A program made the position numbers and the translations under genes. This document shows positions 12,649 to 23,300 of a stretch of DNA of 64,000 bases, in pieces. The notes beneath the pieces are model-generated. The model was not told the origin of the DNA and made no database searches. It saw nothing but the letters and a program-made list of their open reading frames with translations. Numbering within the stretch: position 1 is the stretch's first letter; every line of letters starts with the position of its first letter. This DNA is from Bacteroidota bacterium (GTDB lineage: Bacteria; Bacteroidota; Bacteroidia; UKL13-3). Where the stretch lies: the NCBI GenBank assembly GCA_027487835.1, contig JAIYCU010000013.1, positions 22,856-86,855 on the forward strand. Reading direction: 5' to 3'.

Positions 12649-15600
12649 ATGCGACAATTCTCTAGACTTTTACCTCTATTCTTTATCCTTTTGGGAAGAG
12701 AAGGAATGAGCCAAACCTTGCTTCATTACTGGCATTTCAACAATTTTGTTGGGATACCTGCCGCTACCAATCCAGACAACTTGGTTCCTTATAGGGCCGA
12801 CTTCTCCTTGATGGATACCAGCGTAGTAAAAACCATTTACAAGAAATTGCCAGGCACCTCAAATGCCTTTACCTCTTTTTGGGATGGATCTACCACTGGT
12901 GATACCACTAATTTAAGGTTGGGTCAAACCGCTGGACAATACTTACGTTTACGCAACCCAAGTGACAGCATGCAATTGCAGTTTTTTATCCCTTCAACAG
13001 GATATCAAAACATCACTTTTAAATATACCATTCAACGCTCAAGTGCTGCAAATGGAGCAACTGTAAATAGGTTTCAATACAGCATAGACAGTGGTGCAAC
13101 TTGGATTTCGACAGGCTTATCCATTGATACTTTTGCTACTTCAGCCACTTGGACAACAACACCAGTTACCGTAAGCATCAACAACCCTGCGGCTAACAAT
13201 AACCCAAGATTGGCTTTTAGAATCTTGTTTCAAGGCATTCAAAACACCGGAACAGGCGGCAATAACCGCATAGACAATGTTTCTATTGAAGGAAACCCTT
13301 TTGTGGTTCCTCAACAAGTGGTATTGCATTATTGGCATTTTAATAATTTTGTTAGTGGCTTAACTACTGCAGTTAACCCAAATACCATTGCACCTTACCG
13401 TGCAGATACATCTAGAATTGATACCAATACTGCCAGGGTTGCTTTTAGAACCCTTGCAGGAACTTCTCCTTTATATGCTACCTATTGGGACAATGTAACA
13501 GGTGATACCTCCGCTTCTGTAGCTGGATACCCTGCTGGTTTAGGTTTACGTCCGCGTAACCCAACAGACAGCATGCAATTGTTATGGTATATTCCATCAA
13601 CTGGGTTCTTTAGTCCAGAAATTAGATTTGCTTGCCAACGCTCGAGTGCTTCAAATGGCGCAGCAGTTTTAAGATTTGCCTATAGCTTAGACAGTGGCGC
13701 TACGTGGATGAGCAGCGGACTTTCGCAAGATACTTTTGCCACATCAGCAACTTGGACCTCCACCCCTACCATAAGAATTACAAATCCACTTGCTGAAAAC
13801 AACAGCAGATTAGTGTTTAGAATCATTTTTGGCGCACCAGGAACAAGTGGAACAAGCGGAAATATCCGTTTTGATAATTTTAGTGTAAGGGCTAACACTT
13901 CGCCAAGCGCGGGCGGACCAACTCTAGATGTTACGCCACCCACAGTGGCTTTTAATCCAAGTAATGGAGCTACTTTAATCGCACGCAACACCAAGCCAAC
14001 TTTAACCTTTAATGAGAATGTAAGGTTAACCAACAACTTAGCATTAGATTCAATTAATGTAGATACGATTGTTGAACTAAGGTTAAACAACGCGGCAGGT
14101 TCGCTAATTCCTTTCAATGCGCAACTCTCTGCCAACAGCAGGATGATTACTATTTTTCCTGATACCTTATTAGGATTTGGAACTACTTATTATGTTGCCT
14201 TAAAAGGTAATAGGGTAAAAGATTCAAGCAATAATGTGCAAAGCAATACACTAGCAGCAAGTTTTACCATTGAAACAATTCAAACTATTTTTACAGCAGG
14301 CGATTTATTACCGCTAGCTTATAGAACCAATGCCATTGCAACACCTGATGAAATTGCCTTACTTACTTTTGTAAATATCCTACCAGGCACGCGCATCAAC
14401 TTTACCGATGCAAAGTATACAAGCAACATCCCAGCACAATGTACAGGAGGCTTCACTTGGACAGCTCCTGCTTCTGGCGTTCCTGCTGGAGCAACCTTAA
14501 TCATCAGCACAGATAATGGTACTGCCAATGTAGGTAGTATTACCGGTGCCACTTTTGGATTGAGTTCTAGTGGCGATCAAGTAATTATCTATACAGGTTC
14601 AAACACCAGCCCAAGCTATGTTACAGCCTTAAGTTCTATTGCCTGGGCCACTGCCAATATAAGTTGTACAGGAAGTTTATCATTAATTCCTGCCGGATTA
14701 AACAATACCAATTCATTTAACTTGAGTCAAGTAAATGCCTATTATAATGGTACCCAAACTGGCAGCATTGCTCAATTAAAAGCAGCAATCCTAGACACTA
14801 CAAATTGGATTGGTGCAGCAGGAAGCACAGCTCCTCAAGTTTGGCCAACCTATACCTTTTTTGGACCACCAACTGTAAGAAGTGCAAGGGTTGTAAATGC
14901 AACCACATTGGAAATCGCATACAGTTCTAATATGGATAGCACCTCGGCTGTTGCCCTTGCAAATTATACTGGTATTGCGGGTATTAATAATATTACAATC
15001 TCTAACAATGGACTTTTAGCAGATACCGTAAGGATAACTTATAATACTGCGTTCATTGGTGGTTCAACCAATACCTTAACCATTTCAAATGTAAAAGATG
15101 ATTTAAATAGAAGCATCTTTACTCCTTTTGTTTATACCTTCACTTATAATACTAGCATTGCCTTTGATAGAGCATTTATATCTGTTAAAGAGGATACAGG
15201 TTCTGTAAACATCCGTTTAAACCTTAACAACCCATCTGCATGTTCTATCCGATTAAACTTGAAGTCGGCACCATGGACCAACGCAGATTCTACCAATGAT
15301 TTCACTTTTGCTTCACAAACTTTAACCTTTACGGGTTCAAGCAATTCAATTCAAAACATTGCCCTTCCTGTAAACAATGATGTTATTAAAGAACAAGATG
15401 AATATTTGGTAATTGAGATGCAAGTAATTTCAGGTGCAAGCATTGTAGGTAGCAATCTAATTACCGTGTTTATTAGAGATAACGACAATTTAGCTCCTGT
15501 AGAAACTAAAGAAATTGAATTGGTTCATAAATATAGTTTTGATCCAAACCCTGCTGGAAGCACCACAGAAGTTATCACTTTTGATGCCGCTAGCAAACGA

Positions 15601-17970
15601 TTATTTACGAGCAGTGCCATTCAAAATAGAGTGGATATCATAGATTTTTCAAATCCGGATAGTGCGGTAAGGGTAAGTTCTATAGACATGGCACCTTATG
15701 GTGGTTTAACAAGTGTTGCTGCCCAAAACGGAATATTAGCAGTAGCTTCTCCAAATGCTAACCCACAATTAAATGGTTCAGTTGTATTTTTTAATACCAA
15801 CGGTACTTTCATTAAGCAGGTAACAGTAGGTGCATTGCCAGATATGATTACGTTTACACCAGATGGTAAAAAAGTATTAACAGGAGATGAAGGTCAGCCA
15901 AATGACCAATACACGGTTGACCCAGAAGGCTCGGTAAGTGTAATTGATATTTCTGGTGGTGTAGCCAATTTAACCCAAGCAAATGTTAAAACTTTATACT
16001 TTACCCGCTTCAATACAAATGAGGCAGCGCTTATTGCTTCAGGTGTGCGCAAAGCAAAAGCCACTAGCACTTTATCACAAGATTTAGAACCAGAGTACAT
16101 TACTGTTTCAGAAGATAATTCTAAAGCTTGGGTAACCTTGCAAGAAAACAATTCAATGGCAGAAATAAGCTTAACTACCGATAGTATTCTTAGCATTTGG
16201 CCTTTAGGCACAAAGGACATGAATGCAGTTGGAAATGGCTTTGACGCATCGGATAACAGCACAATTGTTCATTTATCTAATTGGCCAGTTAAAGCCTTTT
16301 ACATGCCTGATGCCATTGCCAATTACAAAGTTGGAAACGACCAGTTTTTGGTAACTGCTAATGAAGGAGATGAAAAAGAATATGCAGGATTAAATGATAG
16401 AACAACCGTTGGAAATGTTTTAACAAGATTAGATTCAACAGTTTTCCCTCACGCAGCTTGGTTAAAGCAAACCTTTAACTTAGGCCGTTTCCGCATTACA
16501 AATTTAAATGGGGATACCGACAAAGACGGCGATTATGATGAATTATATACCGTTGGGGCTCGTTCGTTTAGTATTTTTAATGCCACCACCAAACAATTGG
16601 TTTACGATAGCAAAGGTGATTTTGAATTAATTACCTCGCAACATCCAAAAAGCAAAACAATCTTTAATGCCAACCATGAAGACAATGCCTTTAAAGGAAG
16701 AAGTCATTCTAAAGGACCAGAACCTGAAGCTATCACTATTGGCAATATCTGGGGCAAGCAATATGCCTTTATAGGTTTAGAACGTGTAGGAGGTGTAATG
16801 GTGTATGACATTACCAACCCACAAGCAACCGTATTTGTTGATTATAACAATACCAGAAACTTAAGTGCTTATGGCGGCGATAATGGACCAGAAATTACCT
16901 TGTACATAGCGCCAGAGAATAGTCCTAATGGAAAACCGTATGTGTTGGTGTCTAATGAAATTAGCGGAACTGTAACTGTTTTTGAAGTGAAGAATAATAG
17001 AACGCCTTCCGCTGTTAGCTTTAACCAAACCACTAGTATTGCAAATGAAAATGCTGGAACTGTAAGTGTAAGATTAAACATTTCACCAAAAGCACAAACC
17101 AATGGCAAAGTGATTTTGAAAAGGGTGAATGGCGCCAATACCAACGCGACAGATTATACCACAAACCCTGCTTTTGTGAATGATAGCTTAAGCTTTAATA
17201 TCAACCAAAATGATTCGGTTCTAAGTTTTAACCTTAACATTTTAGAAGATGTTTTGGATGAAAACAATGAAACCATAACGTTTCAAGTGCTTACAGTTAC
17301 TAATGGATTAAGCATTGCCACGCCAAGTACTTTGGTATTTACCATTCTTGATAATGACACTACACTTCCAAGCAATTTTGTGAATTTTGCGCAAGCAAGC
17401 CAAACGGCTAAGGAAGATGCAGGTAGCATTAATGTTAAACTCAACTTGACTTACGGCCTCAATGGAAACGGACAAATTGTGTTAAAAGCCAATAAAGGAA
17501 TTGCTTTAACCAATGCCGACTTTACCACTACACCAGCTTTAACAGCAAATGATTCTCTTGTGTTAAACCTAAACAATGGCGCTACAGAAGCTTCTTTCAA
17601 TATTGTTATTGTAAATGATACAGTGGTTGAAAATGATGAAACCCTTAGCTTTAGCTTGGTGAGAACTTCACCTAATATTACCATTGGTGCTGCCACTCAG
17701 TATGCCTTAACAATTTCAGATAATGATACCTTATCAAATAGTGTAAATGAAACTATTGGAAAAGCTAATTTGATCACTGTTTATCCAAATCCAAATAATA
17801 TTGGAATGGTATATTTCAATAAAACAGTTGATGTTGAAGTGCTAGATATGCAAGGAAAAAGTTTAGCAAGTGCTGTTAAAGTAAGCGAGCTGAATATTTC
17901 ACAATTTGCAAAAGGAGTTTATCTTCTTAGAATAGAAGGAAGCCTTACCCGTAAATTGATTATTGAATAA
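12649..17970 (+). CDS. T9SS-secreted choice-of-anchor I (alkaline-phosphatase-associated beta-propeller) protein with Ig-like and Calx-beta domains
   Basis: GALPDMITFTPDG, EPEYI, TLQENN, TANEGD, GARSFSI and KGPEPE motifs; two duplicated N-terminal LHYWHFN modules; VYPNP...GVYLLRI C-terminal sorting domain. Confidence 0.85.
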   Translation: MRQFSRLLPLFFILLGREGMSQTLLHYWHFNNFVGIPAATNPDNLVPYRADFSLMDTSVVKTIYKKLPGTSNAFTSFWDGSTTGDTTNLRLGQTAGQYLRLRNPSDSMQLQFFIPSTGYQNITFKYTIQRSSAANGATVNRFQYSIDSGATWISTGLSIDTFATSATWTTTPVTVSINNPAANNNPRLAFRILFQGIQNTGTGGNNRIDNVSIEGNPFVVPQQVVLHYWHFNNFVSGLTTAVNPNTIAPYRADTSRIDTNTARVAFRTLAGTSPLYATYWDNVTGDTSASVAGYPAGLGLRPRNPTDSMQLLWYIPSTGFFSPEIRFACQRSSASNGAAVLRFAYSLDSGATWMSSGLSQDTFATSATWTSTPTIRITNPLAENNSRLVFRIIFGAPGTSGTSGNIRFDNFSVRANTSPSAGGPTLDVTPPTVAFNPSNGATLIARNTKPTLTFNENVRLTNNLALDSINVDTIVELRLNNAAGSLIPFNAQLSANSRMITIFPDTLLGFGTTYYVALKGNRVKDSSNNVQSNTLAASFTIETIQTIFTAGDLLPLAYRTNAIATPDEIALLTFVNILPGTRINFTDAKYTSNIPAQCTGGFTWTAPASGVPAGATLIISTDNGTANVGSITGATFGLSSSGDQVIIYTGSNTSPSYVTALSSIAWATANISCTGSLSLIPAGLNNTNSFNLSQVNAYYNGTQTGSIAQLKAAILDTTNWIGAAGSTAPQVWPTYTFFGPPTVRSARVVNATTLEIAYSSNMDSTSAVALANYTGIAGINNITISNNGLLADTVRITYNTAFIGGSTNTLTISNVKDDLNRSIFTPFVYTFTYNTSIAFDRAFISVKEDTGSVNIRLNLNNPSACSIRLNLKSAPWTNADSTNDFTFASQTLTFTGSSNSIQNIALPVNNDVIKEQDEYLVIEMQVISGASIVGSNLITVFIRDNDNLAPVETKEIELVHKYSFDPNPAGSTTEVITFDAASKRLFTSSAIQNRVDIIDFSNPDSAVRVSSIDMAPYGGLTSVAAQNGILAVASPNANPQLNGSVVFFNTNGTFIKQVTVGALPDMITFTPDGKKVLTGDEGQPNDQYTVDPEGSVSVIDISGGVANLTQANVKTLYFTRFNTNEAALIASGVRKAKATSTLSQDLEPEYITVSEDNSKAWVTLQENNSMAEISLTTDSILSIWPLGTKDMNAVGNGFDASDNSTIVHLSNWPVKAFYMPDAIANYKVGNDQFLVTANEGDEKEYAGLNDRTTVGNVLTRLDSTVFPHAAWLKQTFNLGRFRITNLNGDTDKDGDYDELYTVGARSFSIFNATTKQLVYDSKGDFELITSQHPKSKTIFNANHEDNAFKGRSHSKGPEPEAITIGNIWGKQYAFIGLERVGGVMVYDITNPQATVFVDYNNTRNLSAYGGDNGPEITLYIAPENSPNGKPYVLVSNEISGTVTVFEVKNNRTPSAVSFNQTTSIANENAGTVSVRLNISPKAQTNGKVILKRVNGANTNATDYTTNPAFVNDSLSFNINQNDSVLSFNLNILEDVLDENNETITFQVLTVTNGLSIATPSTLVFTILDNDTTLPSNFVNFAQASQTAKEDAGSINVKLNLTYGLNGNGQIVLKANKGIALTNADFTTTPALTANDSLVLNLNNGATEASFNIVIVNDTVVENDETLSFSLVRTSPNITIGAATQYALTISDNDTLSNSVNETIGKANLITVYPNPNNIGMVYFNKTVDVEVLDMQGKSLASAVKVSELNISQFAKGVYLLRIEGSLTRKLIIE

Positions 17971-17994
17971 ACAACTAATTTTAGATTGTCTTTT

Positions 17995-18033
17995 AAAAAA
18001 GTTGCCGTTAGTATTAACGGCAACTTTTTTTTT
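17995..18033. terminator. bidirectional intrinsic terminator
   Basis: AAAAAAGTTGCCGTTA-gtat-TAACGGCAACTTTTTT hairpin with A/T tails between convergent genes. Confidence 0.9.
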
Positions 18034-18039
18034 ACTTGA

Positions 18040-18387
18040 CTAAGGCAATCTATAAGACAAAAAAGTCATGATGCTTTGAAAGCTTTCATCATCTAAGCCT
18101 TGCGCAACCGCATGATTTTCCTTATCTGACCTTATAAAGGCTGCATTGTAATTATGCAATTGGATGTTTGTAAAGTTTGGGGCATCCGTATTTCCGGGTC
18201 CAAATATGCCATGACATGAGGCACAATACTTCTTGTATAGTACTTCGCCGCGCGTAAATTCCTTTTTAATATACGTTTGGTACTCTTCTGAAGAACCAGC
18301 TAATGATTTTATTTTGGAGCTTGGTTGTGCGGCGCAGGCAACAATAAAAACTGCAAAAATTAAATAAACGTATTTTCCTTTCATCAA
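18040..18387 (-). CDS. monoheme cytochrome c lipoprotein
   Basis: Lipobox-like IVAC; CASCH heme motif. Confidence 0.8.
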   Translation of the reverse strand: MMKGKYVYLIFAVFIVACAAQPSSKIKSLAGSSEEYQTYIKKEFTRGEVLYKKYCASCHGIFGPGNTDAPNFTNIQLHNYNAAFIRSDKENHAVAQGLDDESFQSIMTFLSYRLP

Positions 18388-20285
18388 TATTCACCTCCTG
18401 GCTTGCGCGAATTTAATACCTTCTTAGAAGATATTGGCAAACTAGCAGGAATGGGGTCAATGCTTATTTCCTCATCCAATGATTTCATAAAGGCGATGAT
18501 AGCAACAAGCTCTTCCTTTGAAAGACCTATGGAATCTGAACTTAGCGTTTGATTAGGGACAAGTAACCCATGGCCCACTCCTCCTCCATTGTTGTAAAAC
18601 GCCATTACCTGATTTAGATCCTTAAAAACCCCATTGTGCATATAGGGTGCCGTTTTAGAAATATTGCGCAAAGTAGGGGTTCTAAAGGCATGTAAACTTT
18701 GTGGAGATGCATAGATGGCATACCTCCCAGAATCTGCGCTGATAGACGTGTACAAAGTATCTGCGGGTGTTCCTAAAACTTCAAATTCACTATTGGTATA
18801 AGGAGGCTTTACCCCATTAAAAATTGGCAAGAAATGGCAAGTAGCACATTGAGACTTCGACATAAATAAATTAAAGCCCTTCACCACCAAAGCATCTTCG
18901 GCAAGCTTTTGGTTCATCATGTTATCAAAGCTAGAAACCGCCTTATTATGTTTGCTATAATACAAAGTGATGGCAGCGGCCACATGCTGAAATCCAGGTT
19001 TGGGGTAAGCTGGGGTTTGCTTAGCGGCAAAGGCAAGTTCTTTTTTATAGTCACTTACACTTTGTAGGTATTTTAAAATCATCTCCTTATCGCCATTCAT
19101 TTCTAGTGGGTTGGCGCTTACCTCTTCAACTTGCTTTTGTAAAGAGATTATGTGCCCATCCATCATGGCCAAATGATTGTAAGAAACATTGAGTAAGCTG
19201 GGTGCATTTCTGGGTAAAACCCCATTAAAATTAAACTGCAATGCAGTAGCTACCGTATTATCTGTAAATGCCATGGCAGGCGAATGACAAGAAGCGCAAG
19301 AACGCTTTAGATTTCCACTCAAAATTGGGTCAAAAAATAAACGCTCTCCAAGCGCCGTTAAGCGATTAAGTGTAGCAGTGTCACGTACGGGTTGAAATAC
19401 ACCTTTTGGTGACAGCCCATTATACAAGTTTTTAGAAAAAATACTGGTTGCCTCAAGGTTCAGTGAATAATCCTGAAGGTTTTTGCTAATCAATTTATAC
19501 ATCCTAATCTGCTCTTGTTGCAAGGCAAATAGCGGATTGACAAAATCTTTAATCCAAACAAAGCTATTAAAATCCTCGTAGTCTTTTTGCAAAGCCACAT
19601 ATTGAATGGCCTTTTGGTATAGCGATAAATACTGCGGTGTAAAACCTTGTTGCGGGAATTGATTGTTGAACACTACATAATAGGCTTGTTGTCTTAATAA
19701 GGTTTGCAACAACTCTGGCAGGATGAAGGATGTGTTAGGGTTTTCAAACCCTGTGGTGTAAATGGAGGCTAGGTTCAACAAAAACAAACGATTGCTAAAA
19801 TGGCCAACCCATGGTTTTGATTGGGTTAACACAAATGAATCACTTTTAAAATTGGTAATTCCTTTTAAGGCTAATTGTAGGTACTCGGCTAATTTTTGCT
19901 GGCTTGCTTGGTCTTCTAACAATTCTATTTGCATTAAAGTTAAGCCCCCACCGATTCTTTTATAAGGGGGTTCCCATTTTTCAAAAACCTCTGTTTCCCA
20001 TTCCACAGGCAGGGGTCCATTAAGCAGTTTATAAGATATTGGATCCAAGTACCTAAGCATTGGGTCTATGGCTTTTAGTTTCATTCGGGCTGAACCTAAT
20101 TGCGCCTCGTTTAATTGGTTTGAAGCTAAGGATTGGTTTAATTGTAGCAATTCATTTTCAAGCTCCAAAACCCTTGTTTGGTATAGGTCTTGAAGCGCAT
20201 TTTTACCATCATTTACCAAGGTAAACGCCATGGCACCAAAGGCGAAAAAACAAATGAAAAATAGATAAGTTTTTGGAATTCTCAT
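18384..20285 (-). CDS. di-heme cytochrome c peroxidase (MauG/bCcP superfamily) with long N-terminal extension
   Basis: LGERLFFDPILS, CASCH, RNAPSL, CATCH, FRTPTLRNISKTAPYMHNG. Start moved to ATG 20285 because the longer ORF start lies inside a terminator hairpin. Confidence 0.9.
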   Translation of the reverse strand: MRIPKTYLFFICFFAFGAMAFTLVNDGKNALQDLYQTRVLELENELLQLNQSLASNQLNEAQLGSARMKLKAIDPMLRYLDPISYKLLNGPLPVEWETEVFEKWEPPYKRIGGGLTLMQIELLEDQASQQKLAEYLQLALKGITNFKSDSFVLTQSKPWVGHFSNRLFLLNLASIYTTGFENPNTSFILPELLQTLLRQQAYYVVFNNQFPQQGFTPQYLSLYQKAIQYVALQKDYEDFNSFVWIKDFVNPLFALQQEQIRMYKLISKNLQDYSLNLEATSIFSKNLYNGLSPKGVFQPVRDTATLNRLTALGERLFFDPILSGNLKRSCASCHSPAMAFTDNTVATALQFNFNGVLPRNAPSLLNVSYNHLAMMDGHIISLQKQVEEVSANPLEMNGDKEMILKYLQSVSDYKKELAFAAKQTPAYPKPGFQHVAAAITLYYSKHNKAVSSFDNMMNQKLAEDALVVKGFNLFMSKSQCATCHFLPIFNGVKPPYTNSEFEVLGTPADTLYTSISADSGRYAIYASPQSLHAFRTPTLRNISKTAPYMHNGVFKDLNQVMAFYNNGGGVGHGLLVPNQTLSSDSIGLSKEELVAIIAFMKSLDEEISIDPIPASLPISSKKVLNSRKPGGEY

Positions 20286-20290
20286 AAAAC

Positions 20291-20320
20291 AAAAAAGCCT
20301 CGTGGGATATCCCACGAGGC
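20291..20320 (-). terminator. intrinsic terminator between phoX and the peroxidase gene
   Basis: GCCTCGTGGGA-ta-TCCCACGAGGC perfect stem followed by a T-tract on the minus strand. Confidence 0.8.
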
Positions 20321-20337
20321 CTAATTAGGCTTAATTA

Positions 20338-23300
20338 TTAACGGTTAATTTTCATCAATCTCTCAACCACAGTTTGATTTTTAGTATCAGTAATTTTTAC
20401 AAAATAAGTACCTTCTGAAAGGTTACTTAAATCAAATGAACTTTTATTACCTGCTGGTTTAACCAACTGCGTAAGTTCTTTTCCATTGATATCATAAATT
20501 ACTATGCTAATTTCTAAATCAGATTCAAAAACCAATTGCGCTGCAAATGGATTAGGATATACTTTTAATCCCTCAATGGCAGAAATTTCATTTATACCAA
20601 CCGCAGAAAGTGTTACCAATAAAGTTGCAGTATCACCTACACATGCATTGGCATCAGTTTGTTGTACCTTAACCGAACCCGCTACTCCAGTAGCCGCCCA
20701 CTGCACGCCAATGGCATTTGTAGTAGAACCTGAAGTTTGTGTTCCATTGTTAATCCACCATTGGTAAGTAGATCCAGCAGTGCTGGTAACTGAATAACTT
20801 TGGGTGCTATTATTTTGAGCTGTGGCAGGTCCAGTAACTGTAATTGCGGCAGGCTTTGCATAAACCGACATGTTTTTTGAAACAGAATCCACACATCCAT
20901 TAATATTACTTGAAGCCACTAAGCTTACTTTATAATTACCAGCAGTAGCATAAGTAGCCTGACCATTCTGTGTGCTGGCGCTGCTGCCATTTCCATAATT
21001 CCAATTGTATGCACTTGCATTTACTGAAGTGTTGTTAAAGTTGAATGAATTATTGTTGATACACTGAGTTGAATCATTCACTGTATAAGCAGCAGTTGGA
21101 CCTTTAGCAAAGGTTGGGTCTAAGGCAATTACAATGGTAGTTGCTTTGTTAAATACTACATTGTTACCCGCAGCATCCTTTTGAACTGTAGTATTAGATG
21201 GTGAAGGACCTTGAATAGACAAGAACATGAATTTTTCATCCGGTGTAAGGGTCATACCTGTTGGCTCTGACTCCTTAGGCGTAGTCATGAAAATTTCAAG
21301 CTTTGGATTTGCTTGCGTATGACCCGCTTTTACTAACCAAATATGGTCGCGACTACCATCTTGCAATACGTATAAGTTACCTCTGCTATCAAAAGTTAGG
21401 TTGTCATTACCACCACCCCAATCTTCAGAAACAATACCTTCTGCTGTGGTGATACGGTAAGATTTGCCACCTACATAGGTTTCAAATTCACTAACCGTGC
21501 TGCCATTGTCTTTAAATCTATAGGTTCTGTTATTTCCTTTAGCAGTAAAATAAATTTTATTATCAACTGGATTGATTTCAACATCTTCTACGCCACTGAA
21601 TGGTGTTGCTCCAAGTGATGCAGCAATGCCTCTTGTAGTATTTCTTTCTGTTTGCGTTGTGTTAGGAACTTGCACCCATACACCCACAGTTGAACGTGGT
21701 TCGAAGTTTTGCAAGGTGCTATCTAATTTTAACACATAAATAGTACCAGAAGATAAATCCATTTTGTTGTTAGCCACAAACTTGTAAACATTACCGCTAC
21801 CAGCATCTTCGCCATAATAAGAAGTTAAACTATCATTTTTAAAGCAAACATTTTCATGCGACATGCGTCCCATAGCCCAAAGCTTTTGCGCTTTACCATT
21901 GGCTTGTTGCTTAATCTTTTTAGTTCTAGGATCAATTTCTACCATCCATCCTAAATCGTTGTACCCATCGCTATTTGCATCACTAACTGTATAAGTCTCT
22001 TCGCAAGTTACTGAAGTTTCCCAAGGAGTAATACCACCAGAACAATTGGCAGCCGTTAATACTACGTCTGTAAAGTCGATGGCTCTAGAACTATCAACTA
22101 CCCAAATACCTAATTTACAATCGAAACGTAAATCTAATAAAGATACTGAACCAGGGCCCGTTTCATGGTTAATGGCTAACCAACCTGATAAGCTGCTTCC
22201 TCTGTTTGGAATGTATCCAGTAAAGTCATTTGAACCTAAAGCCACACCAGAACCTATTGTATAAGGTTGACCTTGTTCGAATATTTTTTGGAAGGCATGT
22301 ACCGATGGGAAACCAACTGAATCTACTTTTTCGATTGGTAAAATTGAACCAAAGCAGCTAATGTATGAATCGTTAGGTCCATTGCAACCCAATGCTGGTG
22401 CATTTGCACGCATAGTTCTGTTCACGATTTCGATGTCAAAACTCATGTCGTTTGCATTTGAACCATTGTGAAGTTCTATAGCAATTACATTCTTACCATT
22501 TCTAAAAGCAGTTTTAGGAATATCAAATGAATATTTAACCATTTCTTTCATTCCTTCTACATTGGCAGTTGCCAAAGTATTGCTATCTACGTTAGTAGCT
22601 GGCAAGTTTCTTCTTAATACTTCTATCCCATTTACAAAAACCAAAGCTCCGTCATCACAAGTTAGGTTTAATTCTAAAGTATCTGCTAAGCTTGAAACAT
22701 TGTTTATATTGATCACTTTTCTAAACCAAGCGGTTGTTAGGTTTGTATCTGTCTTTGTGGCAACAAATGCATCGCCATATCCCAATGGAGCAGCACCACT
22801 TTTCCAAGTGGAATCTACATTTAAGGTATCTTTCCAAAGGTTAGATGGCTTCATTTTTTTATCCCAGAAATACCAAGCTTGTTTGTTAGCCACAGGGAAA
22901 TTAGTAACTGCTAATGGGGTAAAATTACCACCACCGCCGCCGCCACCGCTCGTAGTTCCACCTAGGTAGTTAATCACTAGCATAGGCGCTTTTGGGGCAT
23001 CCCCATCAAATGATTCTACCTCACGTGTTCCTGTACCTTTTATATAAAATGCCATGGCATTTCCTGGTGCCCAACCTCCTCTGTTTACGGTGTTTTGAAC
23101 CAACTTGGTAAGGTCTGCAGTTCTTTGATCTACACCTGCTGTTCCTACCACATTCCAACCTGTTCCACCAACAGCCCAATAAACTGAATCCATTGATTTG
23201 CTTCTATTGCTTAAAAAGAATTTTGCAGTATCAAACGGACTTGCATTATCGCTTGGTTCTGTTCTGATAACTACATTACAAGGATCTGAATTCTTGCTGG